Assembly: GCA_028534125.1 (NCBI GenBank)
Contig: CM052816.1
Span: 12,650,001 to 12,714,000 of the forward strand
Direction: 5' to 3'
DNA: 64,000 nucleotides
Source of the DNA: Lama glama
Taxonomy: Eukaryota
Below, in pieces: positions 1 through 11,622 of this stretch (its first letter is position 1; the number at the start of each line of letters is the position of its first letter). The notes beneath the pieces are model-generated. The model was given only the letters and a program-made list of their open reading frames with translations, was not told where the DNA came from and ran no database searches. A program made the translations under genes and the position numbers.

Positions 1-867
1 GGAAAGAAGGCAGCTCCAAGATACCGAAGCGCAATTTCAATGCCATCCTAAAAAAGCAGTTTCTTGTATGTTTGTGAAAAAAGTGAAAGTGTTAGTGTGT
101 GGACTTGCATGGCTATCAAACTAATGAAGAGATACTGCTCTTGATTGGAATATTCTTCCCTTTTTTGTCCCAGGTTCAGTGATTGACATACTAGGTGCCA
201 GGGAAGGACTAGGCAGCTGTTCCAAACCTGCTCTGTGTTCCATCATCGCTAGACCTGGTTGAGGTTTCCCACTCTGAGGGAAGGCAGCTCAACGCCTTTA
301 CCAGAGGTCAGCACATTTACCAAATACTCCAGTTTTCTTTAGTATACTTTTCAGGAGGCTATTATGGGCTCTCTGTGTGGGAGGGTGTGGATGCAGCACC
401 CAAAACAAAAGTTTCCCAAAAGAAAGGCCTTCCTGACTAGCCATGAAATTGACTGATGTTCTCAAAATCCCCAAGGGGCTTCTGCAGGCTACCTTGGCTT
501 TTGTTTCAAAGTCAAGCAAACAATAAGGAAGATTTAATCATGTAACAATTTTCTTGCTTGGCTTCTCAATCAGGGCAGGGGTTGGAAAGGAAAGAAAATC
601 AGTAAATATAGGAATTGCTTTCACAGACAGAAGCAGAATTTGAGTAACATTTTTATCTAACAATTCATTCCTAAGCAGGTAATTTTAAACGTTCATATTC
701 TTGTATTTAGTTCAAATTTGAGAGTAATATCTCTCTGGGACAGGAGAAAAATGGAAACAGGAAACAAGACAGACTAGAATTTTTTTCCACTGTAAGATCA
801 CTAAGTGATAGATAATTGTATATTGTTGTTAACCAGAAATGGCTTCCTAGACAATATATCTTAAAGA

Positions 868-1013
868 GAGTACAGCCATATAATTTATCAGCAAAACTGG
901 AATATTTTTGAGAGTGAAAAGGGGTCACAATTAATAATTATGCTGGAAAAAAACCAGGCATAAAATGGGACAATCGGGTTGTCTTTAGCAAATCAGGACA
1001 TAGAGTTACTCTA
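868..1013. mobile_element. hAT-Blackjack MITE (MER94-like)
   Basis: Segments CCATATAATTTATC...TTTTGAGAGTGAAAAGGGG...ATTAATAATTATGCTGG...GCAAATCAGGACATAGAGTTACTCTA resemble the recalled consensus. Confidence 0.6.
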
Positions 1014-1711
1014 CCTAGAATTCTGCAGATGGTACCTACATCAACAAACTCTAACATTATTGGTAAGAGGTGGTAAATTAGACAGTTGTATGAGCAATTT
1101 CAGACATTCTTTGATGGAGTAGAAAACCTCACAGGGTAGCTGCCTGCTCTTCTTTAGAGCATCCTGCATGGTTTTTGGGTTTGTTGTTGTGTCCTGTTAT
1201 TTTTGTTTGGAGGGGAGTGTGTTTCTTTTTATTTGTTTACTTTATTTTTACTTGTTTGTTTCATGTTGGGGTGTGTGTGTATTTGTGTGCTGAGACAAGT
1301 TTTAATCAGTGAACTTCTATTATCCCTTTGCAAACTGGTCCCAGAGCAACGGCCTGGCTTCTTTTATGAAGACCATGAGATTTTGGCCCCAGCATGTAAT
1401 GCAAGGGCTCACAGTGTAAATTTTAATACTATAAACTTTGAAGACAGTTCTGCTCATGGCATTAGGGTTAGGGTAGTTAGGATTCCTCCACTATGAGAAA
1501 GTGATTTAACACAGAGGCCAGAGCTATCTTCTTTAAAAAGGTAACAATATAATCATGCCACTTATCAATTCATTACCTTCAGTGGCTTCCCTTTTCTTAG
1601 AACCAACACAACGGAATCCCACAAGACACTCTACTTCCTAGCCCTCTTCTGTTGTCCTTGCCTATGTGGCTCCCTTCACTGGCTGCTCCAGTCACCCTGA
1701 CTTCATTTAGA

Positions 1712-1936
1712 CCAGTGAGTTCCAAATTATGATGCTGTCCAAGAGACATTTTGCAATGTCTGGAGACATTTTTAGTTGTCACAGGAGTTGGGTGGGAGAG
1801 GGGAGAAGGGGCGGTGCTGCTGGCATCTAGCAGGTGGATGTCAGGGATGCTCTAAACATCCTAAGTGTACAGGGCACCCCCCCCATAATAATCATTTGGA
1901 CCAAAATGTTATAAGTGCAGAGGCTGAGAAACCCTG
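1712..1936 (+). mobile_element. MER20 (hAT-Charlie)
   Basis: GACATTTTGCAATGTCTGGAGACATTTTTAGTTGTCAC...GCTGGCATCTAG...CAGGGATGCT...GAGGCTGAGAAACCCTG. A similar copy lies at ~13.9 kb. Confidence 0.85.
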
Positions 1937-1974
1937 ATTTACGCCTTTCCTACACCATGTTTTCCTTAATCCTA

Positions 1975-2335
1975 GACATTGCATAGGATGTTCTCTCTGC
2001 CTGAAATAGTCACGCTCTTTTCTTCCCCCGCCCTCCTCTTCCCTTTTCCTGTTTCCCACTTTTCCCTAAGTAACTCTTATTCACCCTTTAGATCATCACC
2101 TTTTCTTAGTGGCTTTTCAGATTCGTCTACCCAGATGAATGCTACACCTTTCAAAGAACTATGGAGTGCTTAGTATTAGTAACGATTTTATATGTATTTA
2201 TATGTGTTTTATTACCCCTCCCCCAACTTCAGGTGAGCAGTACCATCTGGCTTATTTTCACCTTAGTATCGCCAGCATCTAAAGCGCTAGCACAGAGTTA
2301 TCACGCAACCCTGCACTCAATGTTGTAAAACGAAC
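1975..2335 (+). mobile_element. L2 LINE 3' fragment (ancient)
   Basis: TGTTCTCTCTGCCTGAAAT...TAACTCTTATTCACCCTTTAGATC...TTATTTTCACCTTAGTATCGCCAGCATCTA, typical of degraded L2 3' ends. Confidence 0.55.
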
Positions 2336-2469
2336 ATTTAACAGCCCCACCTATAAAAGAACGACAGAGTAACCATCTCTTTAAATTGTAAGGATTAAAT
2401 AATACACATAGACTATAGCACAGCGCCTGAATCACAGTAAGTCCAGAGACATCGAGGTTTGTAGCTCAC

Positions 2470-2600
2470 AGACAGCAGAGAGGCTCAGCGATGCACGCTT
2501 TCCTCCAGGCACTCTGTCTGCTGAGCTCCCTCCCAAACAGTAACTAACAATTGCTGCGCCTGCGCTTTTTGCCTCCACCGCTAACGAGGCTGCCGGAAGT
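2470..2600 (-). other. KCTD16: Candidate non-coding first exon of a divergent gene (KCTD16 by human synteny)
   Basis: Minus-strand donor TCT|GTGAGC (plus strand gctcac 2464-2469) at the left edge of the CpG island. The gene identity rests only on the known head-to-head YIPF5/KCTD16 arrangement in human. No KCTD16 coding sequence is in the window and the 5' end is approximate. Confidence 0.4.
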
Positions 2601-3180
2601 TTTTCCCTCTTCCCATTGGCCCGCCGCAGGACAAGTTGGTCGATACCGCGCATGCTCCCTATAGCGTCCTCCCCCCCCACCTCCTCCTTCGTTGTCCAAC
2701 CAGAGCGCAAAACCTGCTAACACGCCTGCGCGAGCTGATGTGCCCCGGAAGCAGTTCTTTGGCCTTCTGACACGTAGCAACGGGCCCAGTACCGGGTCCT
2801 AAGCTGCTTTGGGGGATTATTGGAGGCTGCTGGACCTCCTGCCGCCGCCGCCGCCTCCGCGTTTGGTGAGTGTCTAGTTCCGTGGCGCGCTGTTCGGCTT
2901 CTTCCCGCACCCGGCCGCGCGGCTTGTTGCTCGGCGCCGCGCCCCGGTCCTTTCGCTCAGACCCTCGCTCCCTTTCAGGCCTTGCTGTGACGCGGCCCCT
3001 GCAGCTCAGGCGCGGCCTCCCTGGAGTCCGCGCCTTCCTGGCAGGCCCAGACTTTGTTGTGCAAGGAGGCAGTGGCGTTGTCAGCTGTAAAGCCGTATCC
3101 CGAGGTGAGGAGTCATCGTTGTTGATATTTTAGACCGCTTGGAGCCACTCCTCCCACGTCCCTGCCCCTCACCCAGGGCG
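2540..3180. promoter_or_regulatory. CpG-island promoter of YIPF5, probably bidirectional
   Basis: Dense CpG/GC stretch. Motifs: NRF1-like TGCGCCTGCGC 2555-2565, ETS/GABP CCGGAAGT 2593-2600 and CCGGAAGC 2745-2752, inverted CCAAT (ATTGG) 2615-2619. It lies directly upstream of the YIPF5 exon-1 donor. Confidence 0.88.
2780..2865 (+). other. YIPF5: YIPF5 non-coding exon 1 (5' end approximate)
   Basis: Strong donor TTG|GTGAGT at 2865/2866 inside the CpG island. Contains (GCC)5 at 2841-2855 and no upstream ATG in 2780-2865. Confidence 0.75.
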
Positions 3181-3404
3181 TATCAGCTCCTTGAGATGGA
3201 GGTGTCTTCCCAGGCCTTGACTTAGGGACTGGACATTTCCTTCACCCCGCAACCCACCCTCCAAATACTGCTTCCCAAAACGCTAGAAGAATTATTTGCT
3301 GCCTTATGGGGATATCTGCTTCAGCAAAGTATCAGGATCGAATTCAAGAGGACCTTGGCCATAAGCAGTCTTTGCCGTTTCTTTTCTATTGCAGATCATT
3401 TGCC

Positions 3405-3514
3405 ATGGCAGGCTTTGACAACTTAAACACGGATTTCTACCAGACAAGTTACAGCATCGATGACCAGTCACAGCAGTCCTATGATTATGGAGGAAGTGGA
3501 GGACCCTATAGCAA
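3405..3514 (+). CDS. YIPF5: YIPF5 coding exon 1 (exon 2; acceptor at 3394/3395), [36 protein letters not shown](K)
   Basis: Polypyrimidine tract plus TGCAG acceptor, GCCATGG Kozak start and donor AA|GTAACT. 110 nt coding. The peptide matches the YIPF5/Yip1A N-terminus. Confidence 0.97.
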
Positions 3515-4299
3515 GTAACTTTTCAACTTTGGCCGTTTATTTAAGCAACACTGCAGTGGAAGCATGTACCCAGGATGTTTGGTTCTGCCCAAGACTGCAT
3601 GTGTGAACGTGTCCCTTATCAGGATTGTGGTTCCCTCCCGCCCCCATAATCTGCCTCTGGGGACTTCTGTGACATCGTTTGAGTTGGAAGGGATTGCACT
3701 ATTTATTCTGCATAATTCTGCATAATAAATTATTCTGCATAATTTTCAGGTGTGCCTGAGTGGAAAGGTAGATTGTTGAAGAATGTTTTCCTAGTGACAG
3801 GGTTTGTATATCATTTAAGATATGGATAGGAGCTTTAAGTACTTAGAAGATAGGCTATTTACTCCACAGGACTAATTAAAAATGAAAACCTTTGGATGAC
3901 TTGTTTAGTAGTTAAATAAGTAAGTCCATCTTTCAGACCTTATTATCTGTTAACTGTGAGTGATGAGTGACACTATTGAATAGTGTTAGCTCCCTACTAT
4001 GAATCATCAGGTGGTTATCATATAGCAGCTGATTATTTTTTACTACTCCTCACACCAAAACTTTATGGTCAGTCAGTACATGCAAGTTACCAGTTGCAGA
4101 CTGAAGCGGAGGGACTTCAAACTTTTCAGCCCTGAACTGTTAAAAAAAACAAAAACCAAAACCTGTACTTTTATAGTCCCTGGTGTTTGTGGCAAAAAAG
4201 TGAAGGTTTTTTACCAGTTTTTTCCTAGGACATCATATTCTTTGTTTCTTAGGACCTTACAGTTAATCAGCCTCCTGTCTAGTGAAGGAGTCTCCTATA

Positions 4300-4460
4300 C
4301 TAGGGTTACTTAACCCCTTTGAGAACCTTATGAAAAGGGTGGGCCCATTTCTGAGAAATATATGCATACAGTCAAACACCCACATTAATGTGCATATAAT
4401 GTCCAGACAGTTTATGTGTTATCTGATGTGCGTGTGTGGACCCTGAATTAAAAACCTCAG
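4300..4460. mobile_element. hAT-Charlie MITE (Charlie4z-like)
   Basis: ACCCCTTTGAGAACCTTATGAAA...GAAATATATGCATAC...GTGGACCCCTGAATTAAAAACCTC. A related copy in the opposite orientation lies at ~55590-55755. Confidence 0.45.
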
Positions 4461-6214
4461 GAAGACTACCCCAGGATGAGGGCATGGAAGGGATGTGTAT
4501 CCAGTCAGAGAGAAACATTAGGATTAGAACATATTTAAATAATAAATCTGAATGAAAGTGCCCAAGAATTTAAAAAAAGTAAAAATTAAATTCACCTGAG
4601 CAGTGTGGTTTGTCTCATATAGGCTATACTTTTTACAACCTGTAGACCCCTTGAATCTGCTTAATTTGATATATTCTAAAGCTTTTCCCCCACCCAAAAC
4701 TTAACATGTTAATGAGAGTGAGCATATAAATAATCCTACCTGTGAATCACTTTTTTTCTTAATGTCAAATTCTCAATTACATGCCATTGAGGATTTCTCT
4801 CTTTTGATCAATTAATTGGGCAGAATTGGAAAAATCATGTTGAGAAATTTCCATTTTATTTACCTAAATGTGTATTTTTGGGTATTTGAGAGAGCCATCT
4901 GAATGTTAAGATTGGCCTACGTGCTGCAGCTGGGCTTGGGAAAACCTGTCGGTGTATGCAGGCCTGTTTTTAACCAAATAATACTGATGTTTGGATTCAG
5001 CAGAACTATTCCATTTAAATTGCAGCCTCCTGAGTTCAAATATCTTTGCCTTTCTTTCCCGTGCTTCTTTCTGTCCATGTTCCCATCTGCTAAAGGTGTG
5101 ACTTATCTTTCTTTCCACTTATCATCTCACTTCAGTTTTCCACTGAGAAGTAGTTTAGATACTCTGTTGCCAACTATTATGACTATTCCATCCCAACCAA
5201 GTCAAGTACCAGTGAGCATTGCTTCAGTACTAGTAAAGAACGCATTTTATTCCAGGTGCTCATATAAACGGTAATGCCAGTTAACGGGTATGAGCTAATA
5301 GATGATGCATAGGAAAACAAGCCTAAGTGTGAGCAGTAAAAACTGGGTTTCTGAACTTTATAAAAACAAATTGAACTCTTCTACTTCTATATGTACCTTC
5401 AGTTGGCTCTGCAACCCTATGACATTTTTATGTCCATCTCAGCTTATCAAATAATATTTTATTTGTTATGCCAACTTGGTAACAAAGATCACCTTGTAAC
5501 TTGTATCTCTATTGTTGAAAATCTAGGTTCAGAGAGCATCTGACTTGGACTGTCTTCAAGTTTGATTTGAGTTATTATTAGTCCATAGTTCTGCATTTGC
5601 CCTGTGAAGTCAGCTTTAACATTTTGCATAGTTTCCTCTGTGGATACTTCACAAGTATCATTCATACATTCTTATAACAAAAAAAAAAAGCAAAAAGTAA
5701 AAGGCCCTTTGACCTCAATCTGTGGAGTTATATGAATGCCATATTGGGCAGGTCCCACATTATATTCTAGATATGCCTTTAAAATATATAGTAATGCCAA
5801 TTACATATTTTTTAAAATATTGGAAGCTGTTTTTTTTTTCTTCCATCTTCAGATAACTATCTTTTTGGAATATCTAAGGAGCTTGGTGAACTTAAGTAGA
5901 CAACCCATTATATTAAGAGGCTTTGTTGTTGATACTAAGCGCTTATGAGAGTATTGGTTTCCATGTGCAGCTTTTCTTGCTGTTAAAGGATTGATTTAGT
6001 CTCTAAAGGTCATGTCTACCATACTGTATTTTAGTTTAAAACCAGCAGGAGTGATTCAGGGATTTTCCTGAGCTGATCCTGCCAGAAAAGGAAAATTGTA
6101 AAATTCCACAGTATTGTGTTTAATCACCTTGCATAGTGAAGAAGAGATGATTGTGCCACCTTTGAAGCTCTTATTTGCTTGCAGTATTTCTTTTCCTTAC
6201 ATGAAATTTATGTA

Positions 6215-7605
6215 AAGTATGGTCTTCGGACCCCAGAGGGTCCTTGAGACCTTTCAGAGAGGCTTTAAAGTCAAAACTATTTTTGTAACAGTACTAAGGC
6301 ATTACATACCTTTTTAGGTGTGTTGGCATTTGCACTGATGCTGCAAAAGCAACGATTGGTAAAACTTCTGATACCCAACTATGAATCAATACAGTGGCAT
6401 TAATTGTTCTAGTAATCATTGTATTCTCCATCACACACTTGTTAGGGCATGGGGGGAACCATGTTCACTTAAGGATGCTCTTGAAGCTGTCGGAATTGTT
6501 CTATTAAATCCTGACCCTGATGACACACATTTTTTGAATATGCTATATGACAAAATGGGAAACAGTCTCAAAGCACTTCTACTTCATACTGAAATACAAT
6601 GATTACCTCTAGGAAAAGCCCCTATGCAATTTGAGTCTCAAGCTGTATCAGCTGCTTTTTCACAGAAGATACCATTTTTATTGGAAGGAACAACTGGCAG
6701 ACAAACAGTGATTATTCAGACTTGAGAATTTTCTCAAAAATGAATGCAGTGATCTGTTACTTCAGGGAAAATAATTGACAGTATGTGTGGCCAATAATCA
6801 GAGTTTTCAGACAAAAATGAGGATTTTGGAAAACTTGTATCCATCTCTGTGAACTTCTTACCTTCTCAATAATTAACCAGCTTTGTGATCAGTGGTGATT
6901 TTAATAAATGTGATTTTTAGAATATTTATATATATTTTTTATATTAGGTGTGTCAATATTTGGAACATCTGCATAACTCATACAAGTATTTTCTAAATGG
7001 CGAATGCATGGTGTTACAAAATCATACATGAGTAAAGAGAAGATCCAGTTGAAGAACAAGACATGAGTTTATCCTAACATGACAGATACTGAAAGTTCGT
7101 TAATATTGTTTCAGTTTCTACCTTGCAACTTAAGTTTAAAAAATTAGCACTTTGCTTTGAGTTTTGATGTATCAGAAAGAATATTCTTGATAATCTGTAA
7201 AGGTTATTAAAATACTCTATTTTCCATCTACAATGGAAAATACTAGATTTTCTGCAATACTAGGTTTTCTTCAAATACTTCAACTAAAACAGCGTATCAC
7301 AACAGATAGAATGTGGAAGCATATATAAGAATTTCTAGCAGTCTTATATTAAACCGGACATAAATGAGATTGCCAGAAATATATAATATCACTTTTCTCA
7401 GTAATTTTTAAAAATAACTTTTTCATAAAAAATGTTTATGCTAACATAACAGATTTATTGTTACTTTGAGTGAATAAGTCTTTTAAACATTTCTGTTTTT
7501 ATTTCTAAAATGATAAATATTGATAGATAAAACCCACATAAATTAGGAGCTCTTAATTTTAAGAGTATAATAAGTCCTAAGACTGAACAGTTTGAGAACC
7601 ACTAG
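6215..7605 (+). mobile_element. Charlie1a-like hAT DNA transposon (~1.4 kb) in YIPF5 intron 2
   Basis: Ends in GTTTGAGAACCACTAG, similar to a Charlie TIR. Contains a decayed transposase motif KMGNSLKALLLHTEIQ*LPLGKA at ~6550-6620. Confidence 0.8.
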
Positions 7606-7850
7606 TGTGTGTCATTCTTTTTGTTTTTTCTTTTGCATACACATTCATATTCATATTCTCGCTCTCTCTGTCTCTAGAGAGAATAAAGTACAGTCTGTTT
7701 ATGCAGGTTATATGGAGCTTTTCTAGCTGTTTCATAAACTCCAAGGTGGATTAATGATACATCCTAACAGATCCACACAATAGCATATTGTACTAAATCA
7801 GAAAATGTGATTCTTGTCCTAGTCCAACCACCCAGCCCTGTGGGGATAGA

Positions 7851-7886
7851 GTGAGTGAGTGTGTGTGTGTGTGTGTGTGTGTGTAT
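7851..7886. repeat. (GT)n microsatellite
   Basis: Direct reading: gtgagtgagt followed by an uninterrupted gt run. Confidence 0.9.
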
Positions 7887-8039
7887 GTAAATAAATAGAA
7901 ATCAAGATATTTGCATACCAAAATGACTGTGGAAATGCATATACAGAAAAAGATGTATGACTGTCTCTGTCAGGGAGGAGTTGAGGGTGATTTTTATTAC
8001 GTTTGTTATAAGAGTTGACCCCGTGAATCAAAAAGTCTA

Positions 8040-8205
8040 GTTTTGAATTGTGGCACCCCCATGACAGATCATTTTAACTCAAATTTCAGTTTCCACATCT
8101 TTATAATGGAGAGGATGATGAAATTAACCTCCTAGAGTTGTAGTGAGACTGATATGAGATAATTCACATTAAATACTTATAACACTGCTTCACATCATTC
8201 AAAAG
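8040..8205 (+). mobile_element. MIR SINE
   Basis: Degraded MIR core TTCAGTTTCCACATCTTTATAATGGAGAGGATGATG...AGAGTTGTAGTGAGACTGATATGAGATAAT. Confidence 0.65.
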
Positions 8206-8279
8206 ATTATTATTTATGTTCTTAGAAATTTTCAGTGGTTATTATATATCTATATATTGCATATAACAGTTTAGAGTTA

Positions 8280-8665
8280 ATTTCGATGAATAAAAAATGT
8301 ACAGCATTTTTACAGGTACAAAAGTTTATACCTGAAAATTAAGCCTTCTGCTTCTCCTGTTTCCAGATCCCTTTGCTTACATAATTAAGTATACATATAA
8401 TACACATACACATAGACATGGATATATATTCCAAAAAGCACAGTCACAATGAGTGCGTATGGTTTATGCTATTCTGATACTAGTTTTTTCTTCACCATTG
8501 AATATGTCTTGATTGCCATTTCTTACCAGTGCCTACAAAACTGCCTCATTCCTTTTAATAGGTGCACAGTAATCTATGCTCATATCACAGTATATTTATT
8601 GATAGCTATTTATATTGTTTTGTTTTCTATTTTTTGCTTCTAAAATAATGCTGCAGTGAATTTTA
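8280..8665 (-). mobile_element. Old L1 (L1ME-like) 3' fragment
   Basis: CTGCCTCATTCCTTTTAATAGGTGCACAGTAATC...TAAAATAATGCTGCAGTGAAT, antisense L1M 3' signature. Confidence 0.5.
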
Positions 8666-9653
8666 TATTTTATAGCCAGGTAAGTACTTAGTATTTTTTT
8701 AAGCATATACTGGACTAGTGTGGCAAGCCATGAGAATCCCATAGGAATTTCCAAAGGGCTGCTTGTAGTTGAAACTTGGCCTTTGATTTGCTTTTAATCA
8801 AGATGTTCAGTTAATTTAAAAATTAGATTTAATTTTAAAACCTCAAATAATAGTAATGAGGTCGTTAGATTTTTATATTTATCAAAAGGAGTCTGTAAAT
8901 TTTTAGAAGATAATTAGGCTAAAGGATCTCTAAGGCTTTTCAGCTCTCCTTTTTAAAGTATCTTACTTTAAAATAATTAATTTACTTCTTTATTTCTTAC
9001 TATGTAATTAGATTAATCCCATTGATAGGTAAGTCATATTTTTCCAGAACATAATGAAACAGGTCTTTAAAATATACTGGTCCAGTATTCTTCCGTTCCC
9101 TGTTGTTTTCATTACTAAAATAGTCTCCCTTTAAAGTTCAGGATTTCCTATAGGACATAGCAAGTAAGACAATAGGTGTACAACTACTTTGAAAAATTAA
9201 AAGTACTGTTCAAATGCAACGTGTGCTAATAATGTTTTGGTATATTCAGAAAGCTTTCACGTAACAGTACAAAGTCTGTCATCCTAAGTTTTTATTCATA
9301 GTCTTGGGCATGACTTATTTCATAGCTGTCTTTATGTATGCTCACTAAATGGGGAAAAACAGAAAAATGTTTTCTGTCTTCATAAGTTGACTCCCTGATG
9401 TTTAAAAGCTTAACAGTTTGTAAAATGCTTAAGTGCTGTATAAGTGAGTGTTGGCATCATCCGGGAAGATTCTCTATAAAACACAGACAACTTATTGTAG
9501 ATAATCAGCTTGATCTTAGTAACCATTTCAACCACATTTATAAAACTGGCAAAGTAGATATCCTGGGAATTGCGTGACTGACATTTTCTACCTGTCATAT
9601 CAGTTTGGGGCGTTGACATGACTCTGAGAAATGTAACTTACTTTGATTTACAG

Positions 9654-9826
9654 ACAGTATGCTGGCTATGACTACTCGCACCAAGGCCGATTTGTCCCTC
9701 CAGACATGATGCAGCCACAGCAGCCATACACTGGGCAGATTTTCCAGCCAACTCAGGCGTATACTCCGACTACATCTCAGCCATTCTATGGAAACAACTT
9801 TGAGGACGAGCCACCTTTATTAGAAG
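9654..9826 (+). CDS. YIPF5: YIPF5 coding exon 2, (K)[23 protein letters not shown]...FEDEPPLLE
   Basis: TTACAG acceptor and AG|GTAGGG donor. 173 nt, phase-compatible with both neighbours. Contains the EDEPPLLE motif of Yip1 proteins. Confidence 0.97.
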
Positions 9827-10632
9827 GTAGGGTTGGTTGCAACGCTTGATAGTACTCTGTGGTATCCAGCTGGTCAGTGAAAATGAATCTTAATTTGGAG
9901 AAGTTACCCTTTTCTTTAAAAGAATAATGTTGAAGAAAAAGGTTTTCTACTAAGTAACTCATTTTGAAGAGTATGTAGGAAACCACATTGAGCCAAAGGG
10001 GTCCAGATTTTTAATAGATCTTTGTAAAGTGATAATAAAGTATGTCAGTATGTGAGCAGAGTAACTTTTACTTCAGATTCTTGATGAAATTCTACCAGTG
10101 GAAGAAATGAGAGGAAATAAATAGCATGGTATTAATTATTCTACACAGAAGTAAGCTGCCAGAACTAGTGATATCAATAAAAAATAATGGTGTTTTTCAA
10201 ATTGTATCCCAAAACCCAAAAAGTAGTAGTTCTAAACATTTTTTCTTTTTTCTTTTGGATCTGATACCCTTTGGAAGTCTAGTGAATGCTATGCATGTTA
10301 TCCTCAGCAAAATTCACACATACGCCTAGAGACGTAGTTTTGTGTACGTTTTCATGGGGCTTCCAGGTGTTCCTGAAGCCCCAGGTACAGAGCCCTGTAC
10401 TGCTACCCCTGACTGTAGTCTTTGCTGTGCAGTCACAGCTCGGAGTGTCTTTTTCATCATATCCGTATCCTTTTCTAACACCAGACCAGAGATTGGGTAT
10501 TTGTGGAATAAGCACCATAATCAGTACTAAGACTGATAGTGAGGGCTCACCAAAATAATTTCATCTGATTTTGCTAGATCCTCTTTTGATGCTATTTCAC
10601 TTTTTCTCTTGTTCTAACATGGATTCTAGTAA

Positions 10633-10926
<294 letters not shown>

Positions 10927-11419
10927 TGATGTGTCTTGAATAGTATTGAGTTGCTTGAATTTATACCTAATCATCACTTCTCCATTGATAATAAATACTG
11001 TATATTTAGAAATCATTTCTTGTTCTAATAAGTGGTCCAATTATTAGGGAATCAATATTAATAAATAAATAACATGTGTGGCTTTAGTCTCAACAAAATT
11101 CCTTTTCAGAAACTGACAAAATTTAAATTATTTATATTATAGTTATATATTATATTTATATTATATTTATATATTTATTGCTTTTTTTTAAATCTCTAGT
11201 CCTTGGGTAGTGTGTTTTTTTGTAGCAGTGCTGGTTTAACGTATAATGAATTGAAACATTAAAAGACAACGGGTTTTAGTCCCTTTCCTATCTCCCTAAG
11301 GATGTTAAAGCATGTTGAAAATGAAAAGTTGTAAAGATAATTGCTAATGTTTGTTTTGTTTTATTTCATCCTATATCTCTGAATTAGAACAGATAAGTGA
11401 TATAATAGGTTGAAGATGG

Positions 11420-11622
11420 GATTTTTAGTCAGAAAAGCTGGGCATAAATTCAGTGCTCCTACTGTGTCTTTTAGCAAGTCATTTAATCCTTCAGCTCCCT
11501 CTGATGGATAATCCTGTGCTTCCCACCTAAGAAGATTGCTTTGGAGGGTAAGCAAGGCAGGTTATGTGAGAGCACTTTGAGAAGTTTAAAGCCCTGTACA
11601 AGTGTAAGGTTTTATTATTACT
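11420..11622 (+). mobile_element. MIR SINE
   Basis: TAGTCAGAAAAGCTGGG...TACTGTGTCTTTTAGCAAGTCATTTAATC...GCACTTTGAGAAGTTTAAAGCCCTGTACAAGTGTAAGG. Confidence 0.65.

Noticed and set aside
1461..1480. Telomere-like TTAGGG repeats
   Set aside because: Only two perfect units, which is expected by chance.
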